Source of the DNA: an uncultured bacterium
Lineage (GTDB): Bacteria; Methylomirabilota; Methylomirabilia; Methylomirabilales; CSP1-5
Direction of reading: 5' to 3'
Length of the DNA stretch: 64,000 nt
Assembly: GCA_964558395.1 (NCBI GenBank)
Contig: CAZLDS010000009.1
Location: 6,494-70,493, forward strand
The stretch's first letter is position 1. Every line of letters starts with the position of its first letter. Shown here one piece after another: positions 41,201 through 50,634 of this stretch. A program made the position numbers and the translations under genes. The notes below the pieces were generated by a model. That model was not told where the DNA came from and searched no databases. It was given only the letters and a program-made list of their open reading frames with translations.

Positions 41201-41396
41201 CCGTGATGAGCTTCTCCACTTCCTCCGGGGAGGCCCCCTGGAACGTGGTGACAATCTGAATGGCCTTGCGGGAGAATTCTGGGAACAGCTCCCGGTGCAT
41301 GTTGAAATAGGTCACCAGGCCCGTCCCCAGGACGAAAAGGGTAAGCAGGTTCACCAGCACGCGGTTGCCGACGGAGAATTCGATCAGGCGTCTCAT
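38286..41396 (-). CDS. RND efflux permease (AcrB/AcrD/AcrF family)
   Basis: GASPEEVE, GLLVDDAIVVTEN, GVVVNDSLIL, RLRPVLLT; 1036 aa. Confidence 0.96.
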   Translation of the reverse strand: MRRLIEFSVGNRVLVNLLTLFVLGTGLVTYFNMHRELFPEFSRKAIQIVTTFQGASPEEVEKLITAPIEEEVADLDDLDELLSVSQEGRSEITLKFQPEADMNRALSDVRAALDNVTNLPVGAEDPEVREVKSTFPVITVSLAGDIDEATLRDMAKDLKDDLRRIPGVAAVQILGTRERQIWVEVDPARLDQYRLSLDDVRAAIAAHNRNVPGGTMKTARGEILVRTLGEVAGAPEVEQIILRSVATGTPLTVGDVATVRETFEEPVTIGRWGGRPGINLVVTKERTGDAIDIAASVRALVDAVRKQLPETVTIGVFNDFSVFIRNRLNTLRLSGAIGLTIVLMTLWIFVRPRLAFLTGLGIPFAMLGGLVFMSIYGISLNMVSLFSLILVLGLLVDDAIVVTENVYRHVEEGMDPQQAAVQGTTEVAWPVVATVTTTVAAFLPLLLIPGTMGVFMSHIPIVVSFALLASLLEALVVLPSHLSDVITPTYAQGVRRRELPWLTELRDVYHRLLQTTLRWRAVTTVFLLCATILLAATAWYRIPFVLFRQFESSQFLVNFETWSGAKIEDTLEVAKRAEQVVLNLPPGELRSVATNVGVAFLDVNRAERGPNLGQLLVELEEDRERSTDDVIVDLRAGMAGIPGMTKIQFLKTQAGPGGPAIEARVVGNDIPVLRQLAADVKAFLGGIPGVEDVRDDFTEGKEELQITLLPEARALGLDLGQIARQVQQALLGVEASTIQRRDEDVPIVVRFPQASRRSLETVAGMKLTLPSGEKVFLRDVARLETGIGTSKIRRDDQKRTITVLADVDTRKANAFQVTQQLKKKFADVGSQFPGYRVVIKGERQEAEESLAALPKVSLIAFMLIYFILGSLFRSFIQPLMVMAAIPFALDGVVIGHLLMNEPLSFLSVMGLVALVGVVVNDSLILVDFINRSREAGMSRDEAILASGTARLRPVLLTTLTTVGGLIPLAFFSTGQAKFLSPMAISVVWGLSFATILTLILIPCLYAMLDDLKMFTRRRLGLPVAPEPPLKRPEKLL

Positions 41397-42643
41397 GGCG
41401 TCAGCTCGCGCGTCTCCACGACCCGAATCGGCGCCCCGTCCCGGAGGAGGCGGTGGCCGTTCACGACCAAGAGATCGCCAGGCTCGAGCCCTTGCGCGAT
41501 CAGATGCCGAGACCCAAAGGTCCGAGCGATCGTCAGTAGACGACGATGGGCGGTCTGCTGCTCGGGGTCAGCCACGAACACGGCCGTGTCTCCGTTCTCG
41601 ATCAGGACACTCGCGCGCGGAATGAGAATGGCGTCGGGGTAGGACCGCAGAGGGATGCTGGCCCGAGCAAACATTCCGGGCAGCAATCGCTTCTCGCGGC
41701 GGTTGTCGATGATGATCTCGACGGGAAACGTCCGGGTCTCGGTATCCGCCCGGGGGCCGATGTGTTCGATCCGACCTTGTACCGGCTCGGGGAGAGCCTT
41801 CACGGTGACGGTCGCCTCCGCCCCGGGACGGAGAAAGCTGACATCGTCTGCAGGAACCCGTACGAGGACCTTCACGGCCGCCACGTCGGCCAGACGGAAG
41901 AGGACCGTCCCGGAAGTGACCTGTTCCCCGAGCGTGACATCTTTCTCGGATATGATTCCCGCAAAGGGAGCCCGCACCTGCGTGTCCGCGAGGGCGTCTC
42001 GCGCCTGGGACAACTCGGCCTCCGCCGACGCGAGATCCGCCTGCGCCCAGGCCAGTTGCGCCTCGGCCTCACGGAGGCCGCTCGCGACCCGCTCGAGCTC
42101 CTCCTGGGTCTGGCGGAAAGCCAGCTCAACCCGCTTCACCTCCACCCAGGCGATTCCCCCCTCGTCGAACAGCGATTTCAGCCTGGTGTATTCGGCCTGC
42201 GCCAGCCCCACTTTGTCTCGGTTAATGCCGATGAGGGCCTTTTGCCGCGCGATCTCCGTCTGTCGGGTATGGACCTGGGCACGGGCGCGAGTCACCAGTG
42301 CCTCCTGTTTGGTGACGTCGATGCGAAAGGGGACGGGATCAATCTCGGCGAGCAAGGTCCCTTCCTCGACCGTGGCACCCAACTCGATCTCCGGGGGGAT
42401 GCGGACCACGGGACCCGCCACCTTGGCGCCCACCGCCGCCTCGCGGACAGCTTGGACGGTCCCCAGGGCTTCCAGCCGGTGGGTGAACTCATGCGGGGCC
42501 ACGCGGGCGACCTCGACTGAGACCGGCACCGGGCCTGATTGCGCGTTTTCCGGCTCATGCACCCCCCGGATGATCAAGACGCCCACAGCGGTCACCAGGA
42601 TCATGGCGAGGATCAACCGGACCGATGGGTTCTGTAGCTTCAT
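41393..42643 (-). CDS. RND membrane fusion protein
   Basis: N-terminal TM, long coiled coil, VRAPFAG, TRTFPV, LLPGMFA. Confidence 0.94.
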   Translation of the reverse strand: MKLQNPSVRLILAMILVTAVGVLIIRGVHEPENAQSGPVPVSVEVARVAPHEFTHRLEALGTVQAVREAAVGAKVAGPVVRIPPEIELGATVEEGTLLAEIDPVPFRIDVTKQEALVTRARAQVHTRQTEIARQKALIGINRDKVGLAQAEYTRLKSLFDEGGIAWVEVKRVELAFRQTQEELERVASGLREAEAQLAWAQADLASAEAELSQARDALADTQVRAPFAGIISEKDVTLGEQVTSGTVLFRLADVAAVKVLVRVPADDVSFLRPGAEATVTVKALPEPVQGRIEHIGPRADTETRTFPVEIIIDNRREKRLLPGMFARASIPLRSYPDAILIPRASVLIENGDTAVFVADPEQQTAHRRLLTIARTFGSRHLIAQGLEPGDLLVVNGHRLLRDGAPIRVVETRELTP

Positions 42644-43242
42644 GGCTGGAGGCTCCTGAGGACTGTCTGAGTCAGGGTTTCGCTCATGGCGTCCAGATCA
42701 AAGGCATGGCGGTCGCACAGCCATTGGAGGACGAGGCCATCGAGGGTGGCGAGGATACTTGCGGCGACCAGGGAGGGGCTGTCGCAATGAAAGGATCCGT
42801 CCCGCACGCCGGCCGCGATGATGGCCGCGACGTCGGCCCTGGCGACCCTGTACGCCTCCCGCAGACGCGTCTGGAGGAGTGCCTGTTGCTCCCCCCGCCC
42901 CCCCTCGGCCCAGAAGTCGAAGAACACCAGAAAGAACGGCTCCCAGCGGCGGAAAGTCTGAAACGCCACCGCGATGAATCGTGCCAGCATCGCGGCCGGC
43001 TGTTGAATGCCCGCGAGCTCTTTCGTGTAAAAGTCCTTCAGCTCGCCCAGCATGTGATCGTGAAGGACGAGGAAGAGTTCGGTCTTACTCTTGAAGTACT
43101 CGTAGACGGTCCCCTTCCCGATGCCGGCCTCTTCTGCCACCGCCTCCATCTTCGCGCGATGGTATCCGTCGCGTGCGAAGACGCGCATGGCCGCCTGGAG
43201 AATTTCTCTCCTCTTTCTATCTTTATCAACGATGATAGCCAT
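42640..43242 (-). CDS. TetR/AcrR-family regulator
   Basis: ILQAAMRVF...VAEEAGIGKGTVYEYFKSK. Confidence 0.95.
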   Translation of the reverse strand: MAIIVDKDRKRREILQAAMRVFARDGYHRAKMEAVAEEAGIGKGTVYEYFKSKTELFLVLHDHMLGELKDFYTKELAGIQQPAAMLARFIAVAFQTFRRWEPFFLVFFDFWAEGGRGEQQALLQTRLREAYRVARADVAAIIAAGVRDGSFHCDSPSLVAASILATLDGLVLQWLCDRHAFDLDAMSETLTQTVLRSLQP

Positions 43243-43261
43243 TTACGCCCCACAAACTTGA

Positions 43262-43320
43262 ATGACCGACCAACCGGTCATCCTCATTTTAAGTATGCAC
43301 CCCTGGTGGGGTGTTGTCAA
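43262..43320 (-). promoter_or_regulatory. TetR operator palindrome and sigma70 promoter
   Basis: ATGACCG-N6-CGGTCAT (43262-43281); TTGACA-N17-CATACT on the minus strand ending at 43320. Confidence 0.7.
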
Positions 43321-43460
43321 CCGTTCGACTCAGGACTCGCTCAGGGCAGGCCCTTCGACGCAAAGTACTGCGCGCTCTTCGCCTGTCCCGAGCTCAGTCG
43401 GGGCGCTCAAGGCAGGCCTTGCGATAGGTCTACCCCGAGCTCAGTCGAGGGGCTTGAGGG
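43321..43460. repeat. REP-like palindromic repeat cluster
   Basis: GCTCAGGGCAGGCC/GCTCAAGGCAGGCC and CCCGAGCTCAGTCG each occur twice; related copy GCCCTGAGCGCGTCGAAGGG at about 60643-60662. Confidence 0.6.
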
Positions 43461-43639
43461 GGGAGCCCCTTCGGGGTAACAGGGGTGAGTGATAGTTCGG
43501 CTTGGGTTTGTGTGGAGGTGCCGGTACAATGCGAAGGGTGTGGGATAGGGATCGGTGGTGGAGAGCTGGAGCAGGAAGAGTGCGATACATCGCAGCGGGA
43601 GCATAATCAAGAGCAAGACTCCCCCAGTGAAAGGAGAAA

Positions 43640-43936
43640 ATGATGGAGGAGCGTCTGAACCGACTCCAGCGAGAGCAGCAATACATGAAATGGGTACTCG
43701 CCGTGGTTTTTGCCGCGGTCGTGGCTTGGGCGTTGTTCGGCCCGGGCGGAACCGGTCACTATCAGATTGTCTCGCCCAGCGACGCTTTTTTCGTCCATCG
43801 CCTGAATACATCCACGGGGGAAATACAGACCCTGGTTTTGGGGCGCCCCGATGTGGAGCGACAGCGATACGAGTTTCAGCAAATTGCCGTGTGGCCGGGG
43901 GGCCACGCGAAATCCGTGGAGAGGGATGAGCGATGA
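43640..43936 (+). CDS. Hypothetical single-TM protein
   Basis: AAGGAG RBS; TM WVLAVVFAAVVAWALF; ATGA overlap with the next gene. Confidence 0.65.
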   Translation: MMEERLNRLQREQQYMKWVLAVVFAAVVAWALFGPGGTGHYQIVSPSDAFFVHRLNTSTGEIQTLVLGRPDVERQRYEFQQIAVWPGGHAKSVERDER

Positions 43937-44529
43937 ACGGCGATCGATCCATCACACATTCACTGATCATGGTGGGATGCATGGTCTGGATAAGTCTGAC
44001 CCTGACGGGAACGGTGAGCGGGGTCGAACCCGGAATGGTGAGCGGAGTCGAACCCGTGAGCAAGGTCGAAACCATTGCGACCGCCAGAACCTCAGAGTCT
44101 GATAGCTACAGCCTCGCCGGGCTTTCGGGAGTCCATGTGGAGGTCTCGGGTGTCATGCCGCAATCCGCGCAACAGGACGTGACTGAGGATACCCTCCAAA
44201 CCGATGTGGAGATGCGACTCCAGAAGGCGGGGATCCGTGTCATGAATCCCGAAGACATTCTCCAAGTACCCGGTACTCCGCATCTGACGCTCAAGGTCAC
44301 GACCCACGAAGACCCCGAGCATTTCTTCTATGCCTTCGGCATTGAACTGGCCCTCGTCCAAGATGTCGTCCTCCTACGCGACACGAAATTAGTCGGTCGT
44401 GGGGCGACATGGAGCATGGGAGCCGTTGGCCTTGTGGGCACACAAAGTCTCCGTGACATCCGCTTCCATGTATGGGAAATGGTAGATCGGTTTGCGAAGG
44501 ACTACCACGCAGCGGAACACAAGCGGTAG
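43933..44529 (+). CDS. Hypothetical exported protein
   Basis: Hydrophobic N-terminus; VSGVEP duplication; plausible globular body. Confidence 0.7.
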   Translation: MNGDRSITHSLIMVGCMVWISLTLTGTVSGVEPGMVSGVEPVSKVETIATARTSESDSYSLAGLSGVHVEVSGVMPQSAQQDVTEDTLQTDVEMRLQKAGIRVMNPEDILQVPGTPHLTLKVTTHEDPEHFFYAFGIELALVQDVVLLRDTKLVGRGATWSMGAVGLVGTQSLRDIRFHVWEMVDRFAKDYHAAEHKR

Positions 44530-44539
44530 GGGAGAGAGA

Positions 44540-44869
44540 GCTGCCGAGGATCCAATCGCCACTACACGAGAAGCTCTCTTCCGAAAGTTGACCTCTGATT
44601 TCACGGATGAACATTGGCGCTGCCTTGAAGTGATGATGGCGCTTTCTCGTGGTACGACAAACGCTGTAGCGCAGAGCCACGTCTTAACGATGATGAGGCA
44701 GATGGGTGGTTTTGAGAGTTATCGTGGCGTACCCGACGAACTGAAGGCCAAGGGATTTATATTGATCGGAGGCATAGATTGCGTACGGAGAATGGAGCTC
44801 ACTAACTTGACTCCGGCATTCATCGACCTCATATGGGAGGAACTCAGAAGGCGAGGCGCCGTGCATTGA
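44540..44869 (+). pseudogene. Start-less hypothetical ORF fragment (probable island cargo)
   Basis: Open protein-like frame, but the only upstream start overlaps the previous gene. Confidence 0.35.
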
Positions 44870-44961
44870 AGGAATGAAGTAAGCGGCCCCGCCGGGTGAG
44901 TCACCAGCCGACGAGGCTTGGTTCCGCCGCAGAACGAGGCTGCGGGCATTTACCCGAGGAA

Positions 44962-45636
44962 ATGCCGATGGATATTCTGGATTTTCTCCCGCAAAACTGG
45001 GCAGCCCTCGGTGCAACACCGTGGGTGTTTGTGTCTCTCGTGGTGTTGTCCTTTTTAGTGGCTCTTCTTGTCGTTCGGTGGCGCTATGAGGGCATCGTCC
45101 AAACTCGTGGGGAGCAGCTGGAAGCATTACAGGACCGTCTCAACGCCAAAGACGAACAGCTCGACGCCAAAGACAAGCAGCTGGCTCATTACAGGGAACG
45201 CCTTCGTCTCACGCCAGCCACTGGAACTGCCTACTCCCGGCTCTCCAACGCCGAGTTACAGCAGCGGGCACTCCAGTTGGTTGCGAATATCCTCAGCTTC
45301 TTGGTTGAGAGAGACTGTGAGTCCACGTCGACCCTATTCCGCCGGTGGCATTCTCGTTATCAAGAACTCTCTGAGGAGGAGCGCCAGCAGGCATGGGTAG
45401 CTGAAACGAACGCAATGATGCAGCAGAGCTTACAAACAAATGCGGAGTACGACAGTCGCTTCAAGGTCGAATCGATTCTTCTTCGGGACGAGCTGCTTTC
45501 CCGTCTGCCACCCTACGCGAAAAATGAGCGCGAGTACAGCACATACGAGCACCCAACCAACCCAATTGGAATGGGCATGGTAGCGGATGACCTTGAGAGA
45601 CTCGCTAAGAGCCTTCCGCGAGAGGAGGGGAAATGA
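44962..45636 (+). CDS. Hypothetical TM plus coiled-coil protein (island cargo)
   Basis: GAGG RBS; TM WVFVSLVVLSFLVALLVV; LNAKDEQLDAKDKQL repeat. Confidence 0.7.
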   Translation: MPMDILDFLPQNWAALGATPWVFVSLVVLSFLVALLVVRWRYEGIVQTRGEQLEALQDRLNAKDEQLDAKDKQLAHYRERLRLTPATGTAYSRLSNAELQQRALQLVANILSFLVERDCESTSTLFRRWHSRYQELSEEERQQAWVAETNAMMQQSLQTNAEYDSRFKVESILLRDELLSRLPPYAKNEREYSTYEHPTNPIGMGMVADDLERLAKSLPREEGK

Positions 45637-45639
45637 GCG

Positions 45640-46738
45640 ATGAGCCACATATATCGACCGAAGGGCTGCAAGGTGTAGTGGGTCAAATGCTATGTCAACG
45701 GCAGGGCGATTCGGCAGAGCATACACACGCGAAAGAAGGGTGAGGCGAAAAAATTCTTGGACATTCGGGAGGGAGCGAAGGCCGAAGGGCGACCGCTCCC
45801 CGTCAGCTTTGACCGGGTAACGCACGCGGAACTCCAGAAAGATTTAGTCCAGCATTACGAGGTAACCCGAAAACAGGAATTGAGCGACGTGTATGGACGG
45901 CTCAAGCCGCTCGAGGAATTTTTCGGAGGGTACAGGGCCGTCAATATCGGTCCGCCGCAATTGAGCGCGTATGCTGCCCAAAGGCAAGAGGAGGGTGTGA
46001 GTAATGCGACCATAAACAGAGAATTGAGTGTCTTGCGAAAAATGCTGCGCCTAGCATACTATAACAAGAAGCCAGTCCGCGTTCCCCGATTCGAGTTATT
46101 GCAGGAAAGCCCTGCCCGGTCCGGCTTTTTTTGAATCCGACCAGTACCAGGCGGTCCGGCCTCACCTTCCGCCCGACCTTCAGACCATCTGTGACCTAGG
46201 GTATTTTTGCGGGTGGCGCGTTAGGAGCGAAATCCTTACGCTGAGCCGTTGTCAGTTGGACCTGAAACAAGGGACGCTGAGATTGAATCCAGGCGAAACG
46301 AAAAACAAAGATGGCAGGGTAGTCTATTTGAACCCCGAGCTACAGGCCGTGCTCCGAGAGCGACTCGCCTGCGTGGATCGGCTCTGCAAAGAGACCGGGA
46401 GTATCATCCCACGGGTGTTCCCCCATCTGACGGGCCGCTTTCGCGGGCAGCGTATCAAGGAGTTTCGCCGGGCGTGGCAGACGGCGTGCAAGAAGGCGGG
46501 GACCCCTTGGTTTCTCCGACACGATTTTAGACGGACGGCGGTCCGCAACATGGAACGGTCCGGCATATCCCGCTCCGTCGCTACCAAAATCACGGGACAT
46601 CGGAGCGAAGCGGTTTACCGCCGCTACGCAATAGTCTCAGACCAAGACCTCCAGGATGCGTCCAGGCGTCTCGGTCATAATTTAGCCATAGTTCGTGGAA
46701 AAGTTCTTGACACCCCCGTGCTAAGTGTAGAAAATTAG
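45640..46738 (+). pseudogene. Phage-type tyrosine integrase, disrupted
   Basis: In-frame TAG at 45676; SNATINRELSVL; frameshift in T7 run near 46130; CGWRVRSE, HDFRRTAVRN, ITGHRSEAVYRRY; ends 7 nt before tRNA-Val. Confidence 0.92.
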
Positions 46739-46745
46739 GCCTCCG

Positions 46746-46820
46746 GGGCGAATAGCTCAGCGGGAGAGCACCTGCCTTACAAGCAGGGGGTCACAGGTTC
46801 AAACCCTGTTTCGCCCACCA
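46746..46820 (+). tRNA. tRNA-Val (UAC)
   Basis: GGGCGAA/TTCGCCC acceptor stem, CCTGC-CTTACAA-GCAGG, GGTTCAAACC, encoded CCA. Confidence 0.97.
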
Positions 46821-46992
46821 GGTTACGGACTCGTCTTTGAGGTCATGGAGAAGTCTTCCCGTAACCTCAGCCAAGGAAAGAAGTTCTGGGCGGAGCCCTC
46901 TCAGGCGACTTAAGAACCACAGACGCGTATGCGGCTTGATGGACCATAACCGTCGTCAAGCTGATTAAATCGTCCAGCAGGGAGGATAAGCC

Positions 46993-47322
46993 ATGGAGAT
47001 TGTCTCACTCATTGTTGCCATTGTGGCGCTCGTGGTCGCGGTCCTGGCGTATGCCAGAACAGGGGGTATCCAAGAGCTGCGGAGTCAGGTGAGTGCCCTG
47101 GGCTCTACCACCGAGTCGCTGCGCGTGAAAACCACGGACACCCTGGACACCCTCCGGGGGAAGACGGCGGACACCTTGGAACGTCTTGAGAGGGCCGTCA
47201 GGGGACCCGGAGAGGGCCCACCACCCCCTGTTCGGGAGGAAAGCAGACCTGTGCCACCGGTGGAGAGACCCGTCGCGGAGCAAAAGAAACCGGACGTGGA
47301 GGATAAAAAAAAAGAGGCGTAA
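46993..47322 (+). CDS. Small membrane-anchored hypothetical protein
   Basis: GGAGG RBS; N-terminal TM; 11-residue repeat LRVKTTDTLDT/LRGKTADTLER. Confidence 0.75.
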   Translation: MEIVSLIVAIVALVVAVLAYARTGGIQELRSQVSALGSTTESLRVKTTDTLDTLRGKTADTLERLERAVRGPGEGPPPPVREESRPVPPVERPVAEQKKPDVEDKKKEA

Positions 47323-47401
47323 GGTCAACAAAGGCGAAAAGACCGGCTGATCGGCCTGGTCCCCGGCGAGGCCGATAGCCCTTGATGCCGGAGGTGGAAA
47401 G

Positions 47402-47938
47402 ATGACCAACGAAGAGCGCGAACATCGCGGCGGGCTGGGCAGGGCGATTCGTTCGATTGTCATTTGGCTGGTGGTCGTCATCGTGGCGGCGGGGGTAGGA
47501 TTCGGGACGGGGTATTTTCTGAGGGACAAAGAGGCGCGAGACCTTGAACAGTTCTCTGCAGAAGAGAAGGCGGAAATGCAGAAGCAGATCGCTTCGCTGG
47601 AGAAGCAGGTCTTGGAGGCCGAAAAGTCACAGCTCGAGCGAGCGCTCGCGCGTGCGAAGTTGAAGGCCGGTCTCGAGGAAGTTTTGGCCTCTCTCACGGG
47701 TGCATTGACCGAAGTCGAGCAGCGAAATTTTGGCAGGGCCAGCCAAAAGATCGAGGCGGCGAAAGGGGCCCTCTCGGCTGCGCCCAACACCGACGAATCT
47801 GTCCAGAAGGCCATCATGGCCAGGCTGGACACCATCCTGACGGGCCTCAAGAATCTTGACGTCAAGGTTCGGGAAGAGATCGCCACCCTGGCGAAGGAGC
47901 TGGAAGAAGGCCCGCTCCCTGGAAGCAAATCAAAGTAG
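47402..47938 (+). CDS. Membrane-anchored coiled-coil hypothetical protein
   Basis: GGAGG RBS; TM IVIWLVVVIVAAGVGFG; helical body. Confidence 0.75.
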   Translation: MTNEEREHRGGLGRAIRSIVIWLVVVIVAAGVGFGTGYFLRDKEARDLEQFSAEEKAEMQKQIASLEKQVLEAEKSQLERALARAKLKAGLEEVLASLTGALTEVEQRNFGRASQKIEAAKGALSAAPNTDESVQKAIMARLDTILTGLKNLDVKVREEIATLAKELEEGPLPGSKSK

Positions 47939-48291
47939 ACAAGTGAAGAAGAGCACCTCTCGAGCGATGCTGCAGCACACGCGCGGCGTGGGTCCGCGTG
48001 CGTCTCCCCCATTGCATCGAACCCGACTGTGATGTGTGTCTTTCAATTGAAGGCCGGGATGGGAGGAGCCCGAACCCATTGCAAGGGGGACCATGAATAC
48101 TCCTTGGCCCCTTTTCGTCCCTTGAAGGGGGTGTGGTCTGGACTTTGGCACGATTCATGTATGGTATGTGGGAGACTTCTTCATGGTACCCAAAGGGGGT
48201 CGACAAGGCTTGTTGGTGCGATTTAGTCTCATCCCGGTGAGGCTGGATGCCTTGACAGGTGGAAGAGAGACAGCACACGTGAGCACCTGTC

Positions 48292-48981
48292 ATGCATAGG
48301 GTTGCGAAGACCCCATTTCAGTTCGTCGGATGCACACAACTCCGGGAGGTCCTGGGGAGCAAGGCCGAGGACGAGCTTCAGCTTATGGATCTCTTGGAGG
48401 AAGTTCCCATCGAATCCATCTACCACCACACGCACCAGTACTTCCTGCGCCATCAATATCTCATGGGCCCGTACCCGAACGATTTTGCCACCTGGACCGC
48501 CACCCAGGTCCGAGATCGCGTGCTGGGGGAACGGCTCGGCGTCATCGACCCATACGAGTTTGAAACCCTGGAGGATCTGCGTGAGGCGCTCATCGTTGTG
48601 ATCGACGACCACCTCTCCCGGTTGCATGGTGTCCCCCGGGTTGAAGACGGAAAGCCATTTTACTTCATGCAGTCCCGCCTGGTAGAGGTCTCCACCGGGA
48701 TCGTCGCTCAGACGCTTCAGGAGTTCCGGGACGGACTCGCCAAGGTGGATGCGAGCGCCATCTACTACCACTTCTACGCGGCTCGGATCCGGGGGAACGG
48801 GCAGCCGGCAGGAGATTTCACGGTCTGGGTCGAACGGGGATTAGAGATGCCAGAGCTGGCCCAACAGCTGTGGACCGTTGACCCGTACATTTTCAGCCTC
48901 GAGCAGCTTCGCGATCGTCTTTTGGAGATTTGTGATACGTTCCTGACCCCAGGAGGGCAGACCGATGCCGATCTGTCTTGA
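48292..48981 (+). CDS. DUF5752-like protein associated with TreT
   Basis: Two internal repeats SIYHHTH..NDFATW and AIYYHF..GDFTVWV; overlaps the treT start. Confidence 0.8.
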   Translation: MHRVAKTPFQFVGCTQLREVLGSKAEDELQLMDLLEEVPIESIYHHTHQYFLRHQYLMGPYPNDFATWTATQVRDRVLGERLGVIDPYEFETLEDLREALIVVIDDHLSRLHGVPRVEDGKPFYFMQSRLVEVSTGIVAQTLQEFRDGLAKVDASAIYYHFYAARIRGNGQPAGDFTVWVERGLEMPELAQQLWTVDPYIFSLEQLRDRLLEICDTFLTPGGQTDADLS

Positions 48982-50197
48982 AGATTATCGGGATGTGGCC
49001 CCTCCGGGGACAGTGGATTTGCTCTATCGCTTGAGCGAAAAGGTCAAGGGGAAGAGCCTCCTCAACGTCAACTCAACCCGGTCCGGGGGCGGGGTGGCGG
49101 AGATTCTGAACCGCCTCGTCCCTTTGCTCGACGAACTAGGGGTGAAGGCGACGTGGGACGTCATCCAAGGTAGTGATGAATTCTTCGCAGTGACCAAAGG
49201 GTTTCACAACGCCCTGCAGGGGAACGGACAAGAAATCAGTGAACGGATGTACGAGGCGTATGTCGAGTGTAATCGCGAAAACGCCAAACGGATGCTTTTT
49301 GATGCAGACATGATCCTGATCCACGATCCTCAGCCGGCCGCCCTCGTTGACTTCGGCCCACGAGTCGGAAAGTGGGTCTGGCGGTGTCATCTCGACATCT
49401 CTGATCCGGCACGGCGCGTGTGGCGGTTCCTGCGAAACTACGTGGTGAAATATGATGCAGCCATCTTCTCCCTGCCCACCTTTGCGCAGAAGCTCCCGAT
49501 TCCTCAGTTCTTGGTTTACCCCTCTATCGATCCGTTGAGCGACAAGAATCGAGAGCTCAGCCGAAGGGAGGTCAACAAAATCCTAGACCGGTTGGGTGTT
49601 CCGCGGGACAAGTCGATCCTTTTGCAGGTCTCCCGTTTTGACCGATTCAAGGATTTCGTGGGGGTAATCCAGGCCTATCGGATTGTCAAGAGGCACAACG
49701 ATTGCCGCCTCATACTGGCGGGGGGTCCGGCGGCCGATGATCCGGAGGGCAAGATGGTCGTGGATGAAGTGAAAGAAGCCGCCGGCCAGGACCCGGATAT
49801 CCTTATCCTCGAGCTTCCCCCGGACTCAAACATCGAGATCAATGCCCTACAACGGGCGGCCACGATCGTCCTTCAAAAATCAATCAAAGAAGGCTTTGGC
49901 TTGACCGTGTCCGAGGCCATGTGGAAGGGGAAACCGGTCATCGGGGGTGACACCGGGGGGATTACAGTCCAGATCCTCTACTATCTCACCGGCTATACCG
50001 TCAGCTCGGTGGAGGGGGCGGCCTTCCGGATCCGGTATCTCCTGAACAACCCGCAGATCGCCCGGAAGATGGGCACGGACGCCAAGGAACACGTCCGGCG
50101 GAATTTCCTCATCACCCGCCATCTGACCGATTATCTGACGCTCATGGCTGCCCTCACCGACGGGGCGGAGAATTTGGACTTCCTTCCCTTTAGCTAG
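48965..50197 (+). CDS. treT: GT4 glycosyltransferase, TreT-type trehalose synthase
   Basis: NSTRSGGGVAEIL, IHDPQP, WRCHLD, QVSRFDRFK, QKSIKEGFGLTVSEAMWK. Confidence 0.88.
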   Translation: MPICLEDYRDVAPPGTVDLLYRLSEKVKGKSLLNVNSTRSGGGVAEILNRLVPLLDELGVKATWDVIQGSDEFFAVTKGFHNALQGNGQEISERMYEAYVECNRENAKRMLFDADMILIHDPQPAALVDFGPRVGKWVWRCHLDISDPARRVWRFLRNYVVKYDAAIFSLPTFAQKLPIPQFLVYPSIDPLSDKNRELSRREVNKILDRLGVPRDKSILLQVSRFDRFKDFVGVIQAYRIVKRHNDCRLILAGGPAADDPEGKMVVDEVKEAAGQDPDILILELPPDSNIEINALQRAATIVLQKSIKEGFGLTVSEAMWKGKPVIGGDTGGITVQILYYLTGYTVSSVEGAAFRIRYLLNNPQIARKMGTDAKEHVRRNFLITRHLTDYLTLMAALTDGAENLDFLPFS

Positions 50198-50500
50198 AAA
50201 CCCCCACATTTTCAGTGAGTTGCACGGCTTCCGTGGTGGGTTGCTGGCAAGTCACTGTCGCATCTATCCAGTTTGAAACATGGGTGACGGCGTCCCGCTC
50301 TTGCTTGGCTTCAGGGAACAGATAGCGTTCGGTGACACTGAGATCACTGTGCCCTAATAGCTTACGGATGGTTACTAAGTCCGCGCCATGTTCCAACGCC
50401 CGTGTAGCAAAGGTACGGCGCAAGTCGTGCGGGTGGAGGTTCACAATTCCCGCTCTCTTACATGCGCGGTCCCACGCTTTGTAAATGTCCTTGATGGGTT
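50190..50500 (-). pseudogene. Tyrosine integrase C-terminal fragment
   Basis: KAWDRACKRAGIVNLHPHDLRRTFATRALEHGADL..IRKLLGHSD...ERY; N-terminal part absent. Confidence 0.9.
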
Positions 50501-50634
50501 TAGACTCAACGCCTTTGGAATCCTCCGCAGAGAGATATTGGATAAAAGCAATAATTGACGTTCAAAGGACTGTACCAATTTGTCCCTTTCGGCCATGATA
50601 GCGATACCATCGCTTCTCACTCGAATCCTATATC

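Noticed and set aside
48146-48160. Sigma54 promoter TGGCACGATTCATGT upstream of the DUF5752-like gene
   Set aside because: The -24 box is good but the -12 reads GT instead of GC, which is insufficient support
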